Notes: generated from the sequence alone by a model not told the origin. A stretch of DNA of 64,000 nucleotides from Eimeria praecox (GCA_963920595.1 OY986949.1:3348001-3412000), one strand, 5' to 3'. Numbered from the stretch's first letter, positions 13,501 to 25,860 are shown. Program-made: numbers and translations.

Positions 13501-15983
13501 TTCGCCGCCATGCATGCCACCCTGCCTAGCCTGAACGCACGCGTAAACCTCGCGCTCTGTCGCCAACCCGTCAGCACGCCCAAGATTCCTGCCCACAACT
13601 TCTGCCTATGGAACAGAGATAGCCCCACCCACAGCCTCCTGGAAACACACAAACCACCCTATCCACGCCACACCATCTACAAACACATACCGGGAAGCCA
13701 CCTGCCCCCTCTGCAACCGTCCCAAAATGTCGGCATCTCCCAGCCACCCAACAAACTCACGAGCCCATCTTAAACACAGAACAACCATGCGCCCTCAATG
13801 CCCTCCACGCCTCTCATGCGTGCTCAGTCTACACCCAATCGCAAACACGCGCACGCGCTGCCAGAGACAGCAATCACACTGTGCCGCGCAGCCCTCTCAG
13901 CGTTATTGCATCATCCGAATCCCCCTTCTTTAAATCATCGCATGCAAACCTACGCCCACACACTAAACACACACGCATGCTTACCTCCTATATGCACAAA
14001 AAAACACACACTAACTAAGCCATCACTGCACAAATTCGCCGCCATGAATGCCACCCTGCCTAGCCTGAACGCACGCGTAAACCTCCCGCTCCGTCGCCAA
14101 CACGTCAGCACGCCCAAGATTCCTGCCCACAACTTCTGCCTATGGAACAGAGATAGCCCCACCCACAGCCTCCTGGAAACACACAAACCACCCTATCCAC
14201 GCCACACCATCTACAAACACATACCGGGAAGCCACCTGCCCCCTCTGCAACCGTTCCAAAATGTCGGCATCTCCCAACCACCCAACAAACTCACACGCCC
14301 ATCTCAAACACAGAACAACCATGCGCCCTCAATGCCCTGCACGCCTCTCATGCGTGCTCGGTCTACACCCAATCCCAAGCACGCGCACGCGCTGCCAGAG
14401 ACAGCCATCACACTGTGCTGCTATGCCCTCTCAACATCATCGCATTAGCCCAATCCCCCTACCTTTAAACTAGCGAATGCAAACCTACGCCCACACACTA
14501 AACACACACGCATGCTTACCTCCTATATGCACAACAAAACACACACTAACTAAGCCATCACTGCACAACTTCGCCGCCATGAATGCCACCCTGCCTTGCC
14601 TGAACGCATGCGCAAACCTCGCGCTCTATCGCCAACCCGTCAGCACGCCCAAGATTCCTGCCCACAACTTCTGCCTATGGAACAGAGATAGCCCCACCCA
14701 CAGCCTCCTGGAAACAGACCAACCACCCTTCCCACGCCACACCATCTACAAACACATACCGGGAAGCCACCTGCCCCCTCTGCAACCCTTCCAAAATGTC
14801 GGCATCTCCCAGCCACCCAACAAACTCACACGCCCATCTCAAACACATAACAACCATGCGCCCTCAATGCCCTCCACGCCTCTCATGCGTGCTCGGTCTA
14901 CACCCAATCCCAAGCACGCGCACGCGCTGCCAGAGACAGCCATCACACTGTGCTGCTATGCCCTCTCAACATCATCGCATTAGCCCAATCCCCCTCCCTT
15001 TAAACTAGCGAATGCAAACCCATGCCCACACACTAAACACACGCGCATGCTTACCTCCTATATGCACAACAAAACACACACTAACTAAACCATCACTGCA
15101 CAAATTCGCCGCCATGCATGCCACCCTGCCTAGCCTGAACGCACGCGTAAACCTCGCGCTCTGTCGCCAACCCGTCAGCACGCCCAAGATTCCTGCCCAC
15201 AACTTCTGCCTATGGAACAGAGATAGCCCCACCCACAGCCTCCTGGAAACACACAAACCACCCTATCCACGCCACACCATCTACAAACACATACCGGGAA
15301 GCCACCTGCCCCCTCTGCAACCGTCCCAAAATGTCGGCATCTCCCAGCCACCCAACAAACTCACGAGCCCATCTTAAACACAGAACAACCATGCGCCCTC
15401 AATGCCCTCCACGCCTCTCATGCGTGCTCAGTCTACACCCAATCGCAAACACGCGCACGCGCTGCCAGAGACAGCAATCACACTGTGCCGCGCAGCCCTC
15501 TCAGCGTTATTGCATCATCCGAATCCCCCTTCTTTAAATCATCGCATGCAAACCTACGCCCACACACTAAACACACACGCATGCTTACCTCCTATATGCA
15601 CAAAAAAACACACACTAACTAAGCCATCACTGCACAAATTCGCCGCCATGAATGCCACCCTGCCTAGCCTGAACGCACGCGTAAACCTCCCCCTCCGTCG
15701 CCAACCCGTCAGCACGCCCAAGATTCCTGCCCACAACTTCTGCCTATGGAACAGAGATAGCCCCACCCACAGCCTCCTGGAAACAGACCAACCACCCTTC
15801 CCACGCCACACCATCTACAAACACATACCGGGAAGCCACCTGCCCCCTCTGCAACTCTTCCAAAATGTCGGCATCTCCCAGCCACCCAACAAACTCACGA
15901 GCCCATCTTAAACACAGAACAACCATGCGCCCTCAATGCCCTCCACGCCTCTCATGCGTGCTCAGTCTACACCCAATCCCAAA
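4505..15983. repeat. 535-bp tandem satellite with three 856-bp long variants (about 19.5 monomers), arranged as a higher-order repeat
   Basis: The anchor gatagccccacccacagcctcctgg (or its variant gacgggcccacgcacag) recurs about every 535 bp from 4630 to 15756. The steps 8910-9766-10622-11478 are 856 bp. Variant-specific ORFs recur at +6846 (6129/12975, 6562/13408, 6952/13798, 7631/14477, 8166/15012, 8556/15402). Confidence 0.97.
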
Positions 15984-16609
15984 ACTGCCCTACACGGTAT
16001 CCAGGTTGTGCACAGTCGATGAAAACAACCTCGGATAGATCCCTACGGTGCTTCTGAATACCCCAAGTGCACCATTCCCTCAACCTTGCGAATTTCAGTG
16101 GCCCGCCGCTTGTGCCACGGGTGGTTCTTCCTGCAAGAGAGTCAACGGTGCATGCGGACGGCAAAGCTCCCCTGGAAGCTAATCATCTGTCCTGGCCGAA
16201 TCCCTCTTACTTTGTCTAGGTAAGGGGCGCGCACTCCCCGAACCTTGTCACGGAGCGGCCAAGTGTTCTACGTTAGCCCCCATCGCCAACTGCGAACGAC
16301 TCAATCTCGCGCCATATTTGCAACTATGAAGGTTGCCTCCCTCCTAGCTGTAGTAGGACAACTTACCCCACAACGCACTTCACTACCAGACATGGACGAG
16401 CATACCGCTTTGCGTATCTCTTCAATGATTGTCATCCCAGCCAAGGGTAGCGGTGCCGTGTGTTACTATGCACATAAACCCCTGGAAGGGACTCGCTGTT
16501 GGCTGAACGTCAATGCATCAATGTACATCATATGGCCATTAAATTGGTCTGAGGTGTTTCACACCTCTGTGAAATTCGAAAAAGGTCATTGTGCTGAACA
16601 TGATGAACA

Positions 16610-16966
16610 TCACCCTTCTCCCCCCACCCAGCAACTCCTTACGGTGACAGGATCTTTTTCTGTTTGAGGATATTCCAAGATCTCTTCAATTACACTCTCC
16701 TTTCTGCTCTTCAAAGCCGTGAAGGTGTGCATAACGACGAAGATAGCAACCACCATAGTCGAAAAAATCACGAGGGCGGTAGCGTCGCGCCTACGCGTGT
16801 CCACAGTATCAACGCCACCTTTCGAACTCAGTTGGGGCTCATCATTTGGGCTCTCAGAGCAAGTGCCTTGGACTGAAAGATCTGCTGCATCATTAGGACA
16901 GGCTGCTGCGAGAGCAGTGGTCACCAGCATCGAAGAAAGGGGTAAGAACAACCCAGCACGGTGCAT
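16610..16966 (-). CDS. small putative secreted/single-pass membrane protein (possibly only exon 1 of a spliced gene)
   Basis: Signal-peptide-like N-terminus MHRAGLFLPLSSMLVTTALAAA, then an acidic linker, then a hydrophobic segment ALVIFSTMVVAIFVVMHTFTAL flanked by RRR and KSRK. Possible donor ACC|gtaagg near 16642. No family recognised. Confidence 0.5.
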   Translation of the reverse strand: MHRAGLFLPLSSMLVTTALAAACPNDAADLSVQGTCSESPNDEPQLSSKGGVDTVDTRRRDATALVIFSTMVVAIFVVMHTFTALKSRKESVIEEILEYPQTEKDPVTVRSCWVGGEG

Positions 16967-18299
16967 CTTCGAGAAAATTAAAAATAGCCTTTTATTTAGA
17001 GTGAAAATCCCGAAATAAAACTTGTCAAGGTGCGTTTATGCTTGCCAAGAAACTCTTTTAGATCTATCGCCACCCGGTCCCAGGGTAACGAGTGAAGCCA
17101 CTGGTCAAGCGACCGTCTCAGGCGTATGTCTGTGCACGACGCGGGGCTCAAACTGGGGCACCTCCTTCGGTTTTTCGTAGCATTATACGGTTTAACTGTA
17201 TTAGTACTGTAGTTTTAAAGAACACTTGAGGATTGCACCAGCGTAGACGCGCCTTACTTTTGAAATGTGAATGCTGGCCTTCGCACGCACGTTCCTGTAT
17301 CCTTATACCGGCGGCCTCCTTGTATGACAGCTCCTTTGGTATAGAAAGTAGAAAGCCACAGAAGGTATCAATACGTATATCTGGTTCGTAACTGTCCTAG
17401 ACGCTCCACTGCACCACGGCAACAGCCTGCGCAGCACAGGCTCAGGCCATGATGTAGACACATGTCTTGCCCTTGTTGGTGAGTCTTTGTATGAGCTAGC
17501 ACCTCTAGGTATTCTTTCAGGGCCTGTAAGGAAGCGTATGGGTGAGCTCAGGTACAGAAACAGTTGGGCGCAAACCTGTAGTGGTGAGGGTCACTTCTCT
17601 GGGCAGTGAGTGCATTGTGTGCATGCATGAAAGGAAATTCGATCATGATATTAATAGATAGATACTCACAGTGATATACTAAGTAGTGCTGAGCTGTGCC
17701 GTCAAGGCGTGTGCATGGTCAGGCCGAATCGCCTGGAGCTCATGCTGCTGCCTGAGGCAAGGACAATCTCAACAGTTTCGAAAATTCGCGTATAGCGTAT
17801 AATGGTAACTGGATATTAACACTAAATAGCTACTAGTGCTGAATCAGTGGGTATAAGAAACAGCAACAGCTAGCCTAGCTGCAAGTGACGAAGACGGGGA
17901 ATGAGAGGCCAATGGATCCGGTGGGACGGGTGGAGTTTGCGATTAAGTGGCCAGTTCATTTTCTTAAAGCCCCCCTTTAATATTGTATATGATTCAATTA
18001 GCTTGCGTCTACTGTACAGCGTGCAGCTTGGCGTGCCTCCGATGCTCTTCCAAGGCGAAGCTCCCTCCCCTTTAACACCTGATGGCCAAGAAAAACAGAC
18101 TAACAGGAATGGCTGAAAGTTAAGTGGATGCTCCTTATCAGTTCAACGGGTGCAAAGAGTTAGGATTGCTCGTTCAGTATGAGCATCGAGCCAGACAAAG
18201 GCGTTGTTCGCTGAACAGGAGGCAGTGCACCACATTTGGGGTAAGCAACAAGGGTTCCTGGATTAAGGCATTTCAGCTTCTACCCTATTCTATATATCC

Positions 18300-18800
18300 T
18301 TCTATCCTCGTCTAGTTTCTCGTTGGATATAGATAGGATCACCCCATAGCGGACGCATCGAGCCGTGTATTGGGCGGGCTTAACTCGAAGGAAGAACCAC
18401 TATGAAGCTGCATTGACAGGCTTCATCAGTTCCATGATCCTATTACTGTTGCACTAACCGTACTTTCAAGGGTAAGCTGAGTATACTAAGCCGAAGCTTA
18501 CAAGAGCCTGGCTCTGTGAAGCCCCACAGATATCCGCTTCTACTGGCCCAAATGGATCGTTTTGTTCTCATGCAAGCGACTGCCATCTCCCCCCCCCTCC
18601 CTCCCCCCAAAGAATCGACTCCCATGTGGCTGCAGCCCCGGCACTACAGTGGGCACCACCACACATGAGTACACGCCGGTTAATCGCAACGAAGGACTGT
18701 GAAACTATGTGTCTGACTAGGGTGAATTGAGCGTGGCGCTTGGGCCCTTTGCTTGGCACTTTCTGAAAGCCTGCAGCAATTAAGCAGCAGCAAACGCGCA
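18300..18800 (-). pseudogene. possible heavily decayed Ty3/gypsy reverse transcriptase fragment
   Basis: Weak matches across frameshifts, in the expected order and roughly the expected spacing: GFQKVPSKGP (cf. GFIxPSxSP), GVDSL (cf. PRIDxL), SRSGY (cf. DLxSGY), MKPVNAAS (cf. MPFGLxNAP). Judged by eye only. Confidence 0.35.
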
Positions 18801-20033
18801 TCCATATCTGTCAGCGCCCAGCACGCCAGCATTGTTTGATGCTTGAAGGACACTGCAGCGCATCCCTTTTCCCTTGTAAAGATTTTGCCGGACACCAAGG
18901 GGAGTCGCAGGACTTAATCCCTCAGCGGCTCCCCCACTGCCTGTAGCACAGCATCGTTGGGCTTCCTGTCGCTCTCCATCTTCAGCTACACACCTGAGAC
19001 CTCATGCAGCCTCTCGGAAGTATTGAGGCTTGCACGGTGTTGTCCTGTTGCTAAGGGCCGGTTTCAAAAGCAATTCGAGAGCCATTGAATTAAGAACCCG
19101 CAAGCATCCTCTTGCCACACTGGGTTTCCGATTACAAAAACAATTGGGGACCGTAAAGGCATGTGCAACTAGCAGAGTTTTCTGCTATCCTTCCCTGACA
19201 GAAGGGTATATTTGGGTAGGACCAGTGGAAGATCGAGATCGGCTGCTCCCCTATGTTGGAGCGTCAAGGGCTAATCCCCAGCTGCACCATTACCTGGCCT
19301 GTCTCTAGCAGTATCAGTGTAAATGGCCTCTACAACGGGGCTAAAAGGCACCTTGACTACACATGCAGGGCTCCACCTAGAATGGCAATACCGTCGAGGC
19401 CTGTGTGTAAGACTAGATTGTGTGAAGGGGCAGTGCCTGACTGAAGATTGTCGAGAACGACTGAACGTATAGTCTGTCCACATCAGCTCTTCTGAGCCTC
19501 CAGCTGCGATTGTGCTGCCATCCTTGATGATCTGGAGGTTCCACTAGGCACGAACCCAAGCTAGACGGAGCCTCAACTAAGCTTCAAGGCTGCATTTGCC
19601 CGCGTGTTGATTCGTGAATGTCTCGACTACTCGTCTTCAAAGGTTAGTTTCAGCGTTGCAAAAAAGGAGCGAGACGCAACAAAAGATGAAAGAGGCAAAT
19701 TGGTCTATTCAAAGTGACAGGATCTACGGATCTACGCGACCCTTCCACACCGCAAACCAGCAACCCAACCTAAAGCTCCAGTCCAAGCTCACAAGCCCGC
19801 GCCCTACGCGCTAAGCGTCTATCTCCTCCTCGCCCTGCGCCTCTCCCTGAAGAGTACAATACAGCAACAGTCAAGTTCTCAGTCAAACTCCAAATAATTC
19901 AAACCCTCGAGAACATCAGCGGCCACCGCTGAAGAAGCTCCCCTACGAGCGGTTGCAATGCTATGTAGCCTGAAACCCTAAACCCATAAGCCTGAATCTT
20001 TGTCGGTAGGCCCTCACGGGTGCACCCTTTACC

Positions 20034-22568
20034 CTAAGCCCCTGAGTTGAAACCCTGGACCCTTCTTACATCGGCGTCAAGTCCAAGCCAGTGGGAGAGG
20101 TAGGTGCATTCTCTCGGATTGATTCTGCCGTCTGCGCTGCAATCCCCCACGAGAGGACAGCCGATACACGGAACGCTATCGAGCAGTTTCAGGTTTTCGC
20201 TTTGATTCCACTGCAACACGCACGCCTCAAAGCAGCAGCAGCCTGATGCCTTTGTCTGTACTCTTGTCGTTTGGGGGGCGGAAGCGCCGGTACCTCCCCT
20301 TCTTGCAGACGTATCAGCAGCCAACGACCTAGATGCACCCCAAGGGCCAGCCCAACTGCAGCAGCAGCAGCAGCAGCAACAGCAAAGGCAGGAGCGGCAG
20401 CCACTTACGACAAAGGTAGTTTCCGTTCCTGTGCGTATTCGGGCTACTTTGTCTTCGCACTCGAGGGTCGCCACCAACTGAGAGATATCCTCGTCTGTGA
20501 AGGAGCCACTGCCCACATCGCCTGAAGTGTACACGCACCGCAGAAGCTGCTGCTGCTGCACCTTTTCCTGCTGCACGTGCCGCTGCTGCTGCACGTGCTG
20601 CTGCTGCTGCACGGTGCAATTACTGCAGTAACTGCAGCAGATCCTGCGCCAGCTGCAACTCCTCTACTGCCTACAGATGCTGCAATAGCTGCAGCTGCTA
20701 ATTCAGAAGACGTGCTTCCTCCTGCTCCCGCTCTTCCTGTCTTAAAAGGGCTAATGGCAGTGGGATGTGCGGGGAAACGGGGGTTAAGAACCACGAGGCG
20801 ACTTCAATATATAAAGATACATACAACTACCCCAGGATGAGCATTCGTACTAACTCAAAAGCACTTTGGGGCTTTCGAGTTAACAGTTTCATGTCTCGTA
20901 ATTTACCGCTGCTTCGCATGAAAGCCACAAGGGCTGAGAAGGTGGAAGAGCGAGCATTCGCCAAAAACATCGCCAGGCGCTCTCGTAGTTGCTGCAAACG
21001 TCAGAGCCCCAAAACCCCCAACCCTAAACCCTAAACCCTAAACCCTAAACCCTAGTACTAGTCCTCTAACTGTGATAGCGGACGCGAACAAAATATCCAT
21101 CTTGCCGCTTCTTGCTTCACCCATCTCAACAACTAATCCCAAACCCCAAACCCTCAACAAGAAAACACGAGAAAAAGGCGTTTATCCTGCAATATCGTTG
21201 GTGGTTTACACCCTGAAGCTTCAACCCTAAACGCTAATCCCTTAACCCCAAACCCTAAACCCTAGCCAGGTCGTACCTCCACAAGTTGCTCATTAAACTC
21301 CCCATTCGTGTAGAAGGAGCCACCAGCTATCTGCAAGCGCACGGCACCACCGCAGTCCTAAACCCTAAACCCTAAACCCTAGGTATTAAAGCTACAACCA
21401 AACATTTCTGAAAGACTTAGGGTTCGGGGTTAGACCTAGCAAGCAGTTTATTAGGGGTTAGACCTAGCAAGAAGTTTATTCGCACCTCTTTAGCCGGTTC
21501 CATATGAGCTAAGATGTACATTTTTCTGTTTTTCACGTGAATACTCTTCACAGGTTTTATTAGCTGTAAATTCTCGCAAAGATTTCGAACCCCTCGCTGG
21601 ATAATGTGGGTCTGAAGCCCTGTGGTCTTTCGAATGTCAGCCGTCCATACACCTGAACACAAACCCTGAATCCTTGACCCTTAAACCCTCAAGCAACCAA
21701 GCCCTCTGAGCGCAGCAGTCTAGACACCTTGAAGGGCTCCTGACAAAGGCCACTGCTCCGTAGGGAGCGAGAAGATATGGTGCTGTGCAACCAGGACTGC
21801 TGGGCTAGGCTCTAGGGTTTAGAGTTTAGGGTTTAGGGCTCACCGGTATTTCCTGCTAGCTCGACAGCGCAGTAAACCTTGTAATCAAGCGCGTCGAGTT
21901 GTTTTAAGGCAGGGATAAGGTTGGCAGGGCGAACGACGCAGCATACGCCTGCAGCAGCACGCAACTCTGGACCCGAAACACTAAACCCTAAACCCTAAAC
22001 CCTAAACCCTAAACCCTAAACCCTAAACGTTGCATTCCAAAGGTTTTCTGAAGGTGGGAGTGTGAGAAAATCCCAACACTACTCCATGGGTCGTCTTCAC
22101 CAGGAAACTCAACAATCTCCGAGTTCTAAACCCTAAACCCTAAACCCTAAAACCTAAGCCCTTAACCCTAATCCGCTGTGCTCACTATCGCCTTTCTTTC
22201 GAATGACTCCTGCTCTCGCCTCATTCAATCGGTTGAAGACGGCAACTATCTTTTCCCTCGACCAACCCTACAGCAGAGCAGGCCATAAACCCTCAAGTAC
22301 ATGCAGCATTGATCTTGAATCTCTAGCTGCTTCGGATCAAACAAGTTGAGGGTTTTAAAGGAATTCATACCTGATCAAGAAGGAGTTGCTGCGTTAATTC
22401 GTTATTGTTGCGGAGGCCTAAGTTGTAGGCACTCGACAAATCCTCCCCAGAAAGGGTAGCAGAGCCCCGGGGGGCCCCTGGGCGGGATCCTCCAGTGCCC
22501 TCTCCTGCTGGGGCCCCCACCCCATCTTTGGATTCCCCTCCCTCACTGCCCTGCTTCACTGCTGACAT
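20034..22568 (-). CDS. RPC6: DNA-directed RNA polymerase III subunit RPC6 (C34/RPC39), 8 exons, about 326 aa
   Basis: Exons 22371-22568, 22186-22267, 21844-21948, 21486-21652, 21277-21330, 20907-20991, 20409-20521, 20034-20210 join in frame with GT-AG introns. The protein contains AGNTGVWTADIRK...LIKPVKSIHVKNRKMYILAHMEPAKEIAGGSFYTNGEF and C-terminal PCIGCPLVGDC..NPRECTYLSHWL, matching the POLR3F/Rpc34 winged-helix and Cys motifs. Confidence 0.95.
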
Positions 22569-23669
22569 CGGGAGCAGAAAACCCTAAACCCCTCCCAACC
22601 CTAAGCCGTCGAAACCCGTAAAGGGAGCTCCAGACCCGTAGCCATGGGCCCTGCTACCTCCCCTCTTAACCCTAAAACCCGAGACCCTCTCTACCCTATA
22701 CACCCTTAAAGAGTCTGAGGGGAGAGGGGCTTCGAGCGGGATTGCTATCGAGACAAGAGCGACGGGCACACCCAAGAACCTTCCAGGTTCAACCCTAAAC
22801 CCTAAACCCTAAACCCTAAACCCCAGAATTTTCATCTTTGGGGCTTTCAAAAACAGATGAGAAGAAAATAAATTACAGGATTGTCTATGGAAGCCGTCGG
22901 GCGGAAGTTATCCTGCCTAGAGCTGCATGAGCCTCGTGAGGGAGGGTAGACAGAAGATACAAACAAATGTTGGTATGAAAAAACCTAATTAAGAACAGGC
23001 AAATAAACAACTCAAATAAGTTATATACTGCTAATTAGAAGAGGAAAAAACCTTAAGAAACGCCAGATCAACAAGAGGCCGTCAGAGTATTCGGCTCCAT
23101 CATCTCTCTCTCTTTCCTTCAGTGCATGTTTAGAGTTTGTTTATCACAAAAATAACTTATTTGTTATTTTCAGTGTATTTTTTCAATAATTGGGGCTTGT
23201 TTTAAATATATTTCGTGTTTGCATGCACTTTTCTATCCCTTTGTTCACATGTTTCTGCAAACCCATGTACAATGTGTATACCATTGTCTGTCTGACATGA
23301 TAAGTATGTTTCTAGTTGCATGCAGACTGGCTTCTTCTAACCACGTAATTGTTAAACAATTGCCTACAGTGTTACTACATGTATTTAAGGGGGATTATCC
23401 ACGCTTACATCTGCGGTGGCATCATCATAGGAGGTGTTGCAGAGTAGCATGTTGCGTATAGAACTCGTTAATGTACTTCTAATTACGTACAGAATGGAAG
23501 CTGGGGGCCAACGAATTGTTAATTTGTTTCCTGAAAGGGTAGTACAAACCTTAAAACCGGCTTCGACATACCTGCATAATGTATTACGAGAGTACCCACT
23601 GAAGGATAGTATGCGTAATGCTGGTGCTTGTATCCTACTTTCTCGAGGCCTCGTTATACGGGATCAGGA

Positions 23670-25860
23670 AGTGTTTAAAGACAGCCTAAAACACAGTCCA
23701 CAATGCTAGGCCGTTCAGCAAACGGGCGTTCGTTGTGCGTGCATGTGGGGCTGCCTTGGAGCACTAGCTACAGGATGGTGTGTTGCACTCCACCCCAGCC
23801 TCCTGGCGCCCTGACCAAAGTTGCACGGGGCGCCAGGAGGCTGGGGTGGAGACCACATGCTTTTCTCTAAATGTTTCCTTAAGCGTTTGACTTAGTGAAG
23901 CTCATGACGGCCCTCGGATGAGATCGAGGACTCTCGTTCCACTTTGAAACGCCCCATGGTTTGTCCGAGGAGGCGTGATTAATAAACTCCACCCCCTGCA
24001 TCAGGTTGGCTTCGTGCATAGCAGTAACTGGTGGAAAATAGAAAAAGAGGGATGATCGAAAAGCAAACAACCCTTGTTTGAAAAGATCGCATCAATACCT
24101 TCGCTGAAGCCCTCTTGCAAGCTCCAGGACAACCCAACGACCTGCACAAATTTGCATTTTGCCCCCACACCCGCATGCTAGACGCTGATATGCCGTTTGG
24201 GCTCGTGAATGCATCTGTAGAACTGCAGCGGCAGGTTGATCACGACATATGGGGAGCAGACGAAGAGGGATGGATGGCAATATGCAGGAACAGTGTGCTT
24301 TCGTTCACCTGCAATGTGTAGGCAGCGTAATCTATAACTGCCAGTCAAGAAGCAGTTATTTAAGAATTCAAAGAAATGCCTGTTATTCATGCAAGCAATC
24401 ATTTTCCCATTGTTTAACGTCTCTGCAGGATGAATGGAAACATCTCTCAACAGCCTGTCGGCGTGGAACAACCGGTATTTGAGAAAGCGCCTTGCCCTGC
24501 GGCTTAGAAAAAAAGCGCCTTCATCACTTGTATGGCAGGCACTTTACTTTTCAAACCGGAAAGCAATATCAGAGACAACTAGCGAGGGGCTTACAGGTTT
24601 GCAGTGGTCGTAGAATCGTTAGATGTCTTTGCCCGCTTGCGCAGAACAGCTCCACAATGACGCACATCAAGGGCATCACCAGTGTAGCAACTGACGCACT
24701 CTCCCGATGCCCTATGGGTTATGGGGGTGATCGTATCTGCAACTATTCTGGTTATCTCTCTAAATTGGGTTTTTCGTACTCCCTAGATCCTCATGCGGAT
24801 CTAATTATCGCTACATTCAGCAGCTTAGGCAGCACTGCGCCGGAAAAGGCCTCTTGTGGTACCAGAAGAACTGTGAACTCCAGCTTCGCTTTGCCCGCAT
24901 GCTTTGCTCAGGATGAGCCTCTCAGTTGAGGATGGCGTCCTGACATGCACGGAATGTCAGCGGCGGCAGCGGCAGGACGTTTTCAAGGCTGAAGTCTTGT
25001 AGAGTCTCCCGATTGCTAAGCGGATATGCAGGTGGGTCTCATAGTTGGTTTGCCATCAGTTAGAGGTTGCAATACCATCTACTTCATGGTGGATAGACTC
25101 AGCAAATGCGCCCAATTCATCCCCCGCTTTAGTTCGTTCACAGCCGAATGAGCGGTCCAATTATTCATTAATAATCTCTGGAAGCCCTCCATTTATCCGA
25201 AAAGCATGATAAGTGGGAGGGGTCCGAAGTTACTTTACGATTTCTGGCGCGAATTCAAGGAGAGGCTTAAGATCATCCACAGCTTCGCCACCGCGCATCA
25301 TCCCGAAACAGACAGTCAAACTGAATGCACCATCCGCACGCTTGTGCAGTATTTGCGACTCCACATAAAGCGGAACTCCTCAAATCCGCGAAATTCCTTT
25401 CTTTATGAAGAAAACTTTTATAATGTAGGAGTGTATTCTTAGTGTATTCTTCGACTCGCTGCTCTCAGGAGAGAAGTACGGGGACCTAGATGTAGCATGG
25501 TCTGCCTGGTGATGATACTCGGACCAGTACGCGCTGGCAGGCTTATTTTGGAGGGTTAAATAAGTCTCTTAAAGCATTCTGCACTAAAGTACGCATTGCT
25601 AGACCATGCAAAAAGCGGCTTGCGTTGTCTGTGCCTGTGAGGCTTCCCTGCAACACCAACTGCAAAAAGGTGTGTTACAGCCCATGACAGACGTGCCCAT
25701 GCCTTCCCCAGCCCAGGCACTTGGGAAGCTGTGCTCAGGACACCTGGAGGCTGATGTGTATAGGCCGTGTTTTTTACGAACCCATGTTTTAAGTTTTGAA
25801 CTCTATTGAAGCTCATGACGGCCTTCGGCTAAGACCGTGGTCTCTTATTACATTAAGCAT
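23670..25860 (+). mobile_element. degenerate, internally deleted Ty3/gypsy-type LTR retrotransposon
   Basis: Pol motifs in RT-RNaseH-integrase order: DLHKFAFC..MPFGLVNA (about 24140-24215); HHLYGRHFTFQT and HIKGITSVATDALSR (24520-24710); CTECQR (about 24945); GLPSVRGCNTIYFMVDRLSKCAQFIP (25045-25125); ISGRGPK..FW..ATAHHPETDSQTECTIRTLVQYLR (25206-25360). Many stops and frameshifts. Flanked by diverged direct repeats at about 23670-23960 and 25560-25865. Confidence 0.88.

Noticed and set aside
1..15983. Dozens of repeated ORFs in the satellites as a tandem gene family
   Set aside because: They overlap in several frames, are P/T/H-rich because of the C/A skew, are broken by indels between copies, and show no domain or splice structure.
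4630..15983. CRISPR array or tandem 5S rRNA/tRNA/snRNA cluster
   Set aside because: Whole monomers repeat with no unique spacers, there are no cas genes, the context is eukaryotic, and I recognised no 5S, tRNA or snRNA sequence on either strand.
21425..21480. 28-bp tandem duplication (ggggttagacctagcaag.agtttatt) in an RPC6 intron
   Set aside because: An ordinary local slippage duplication with no sign of function.
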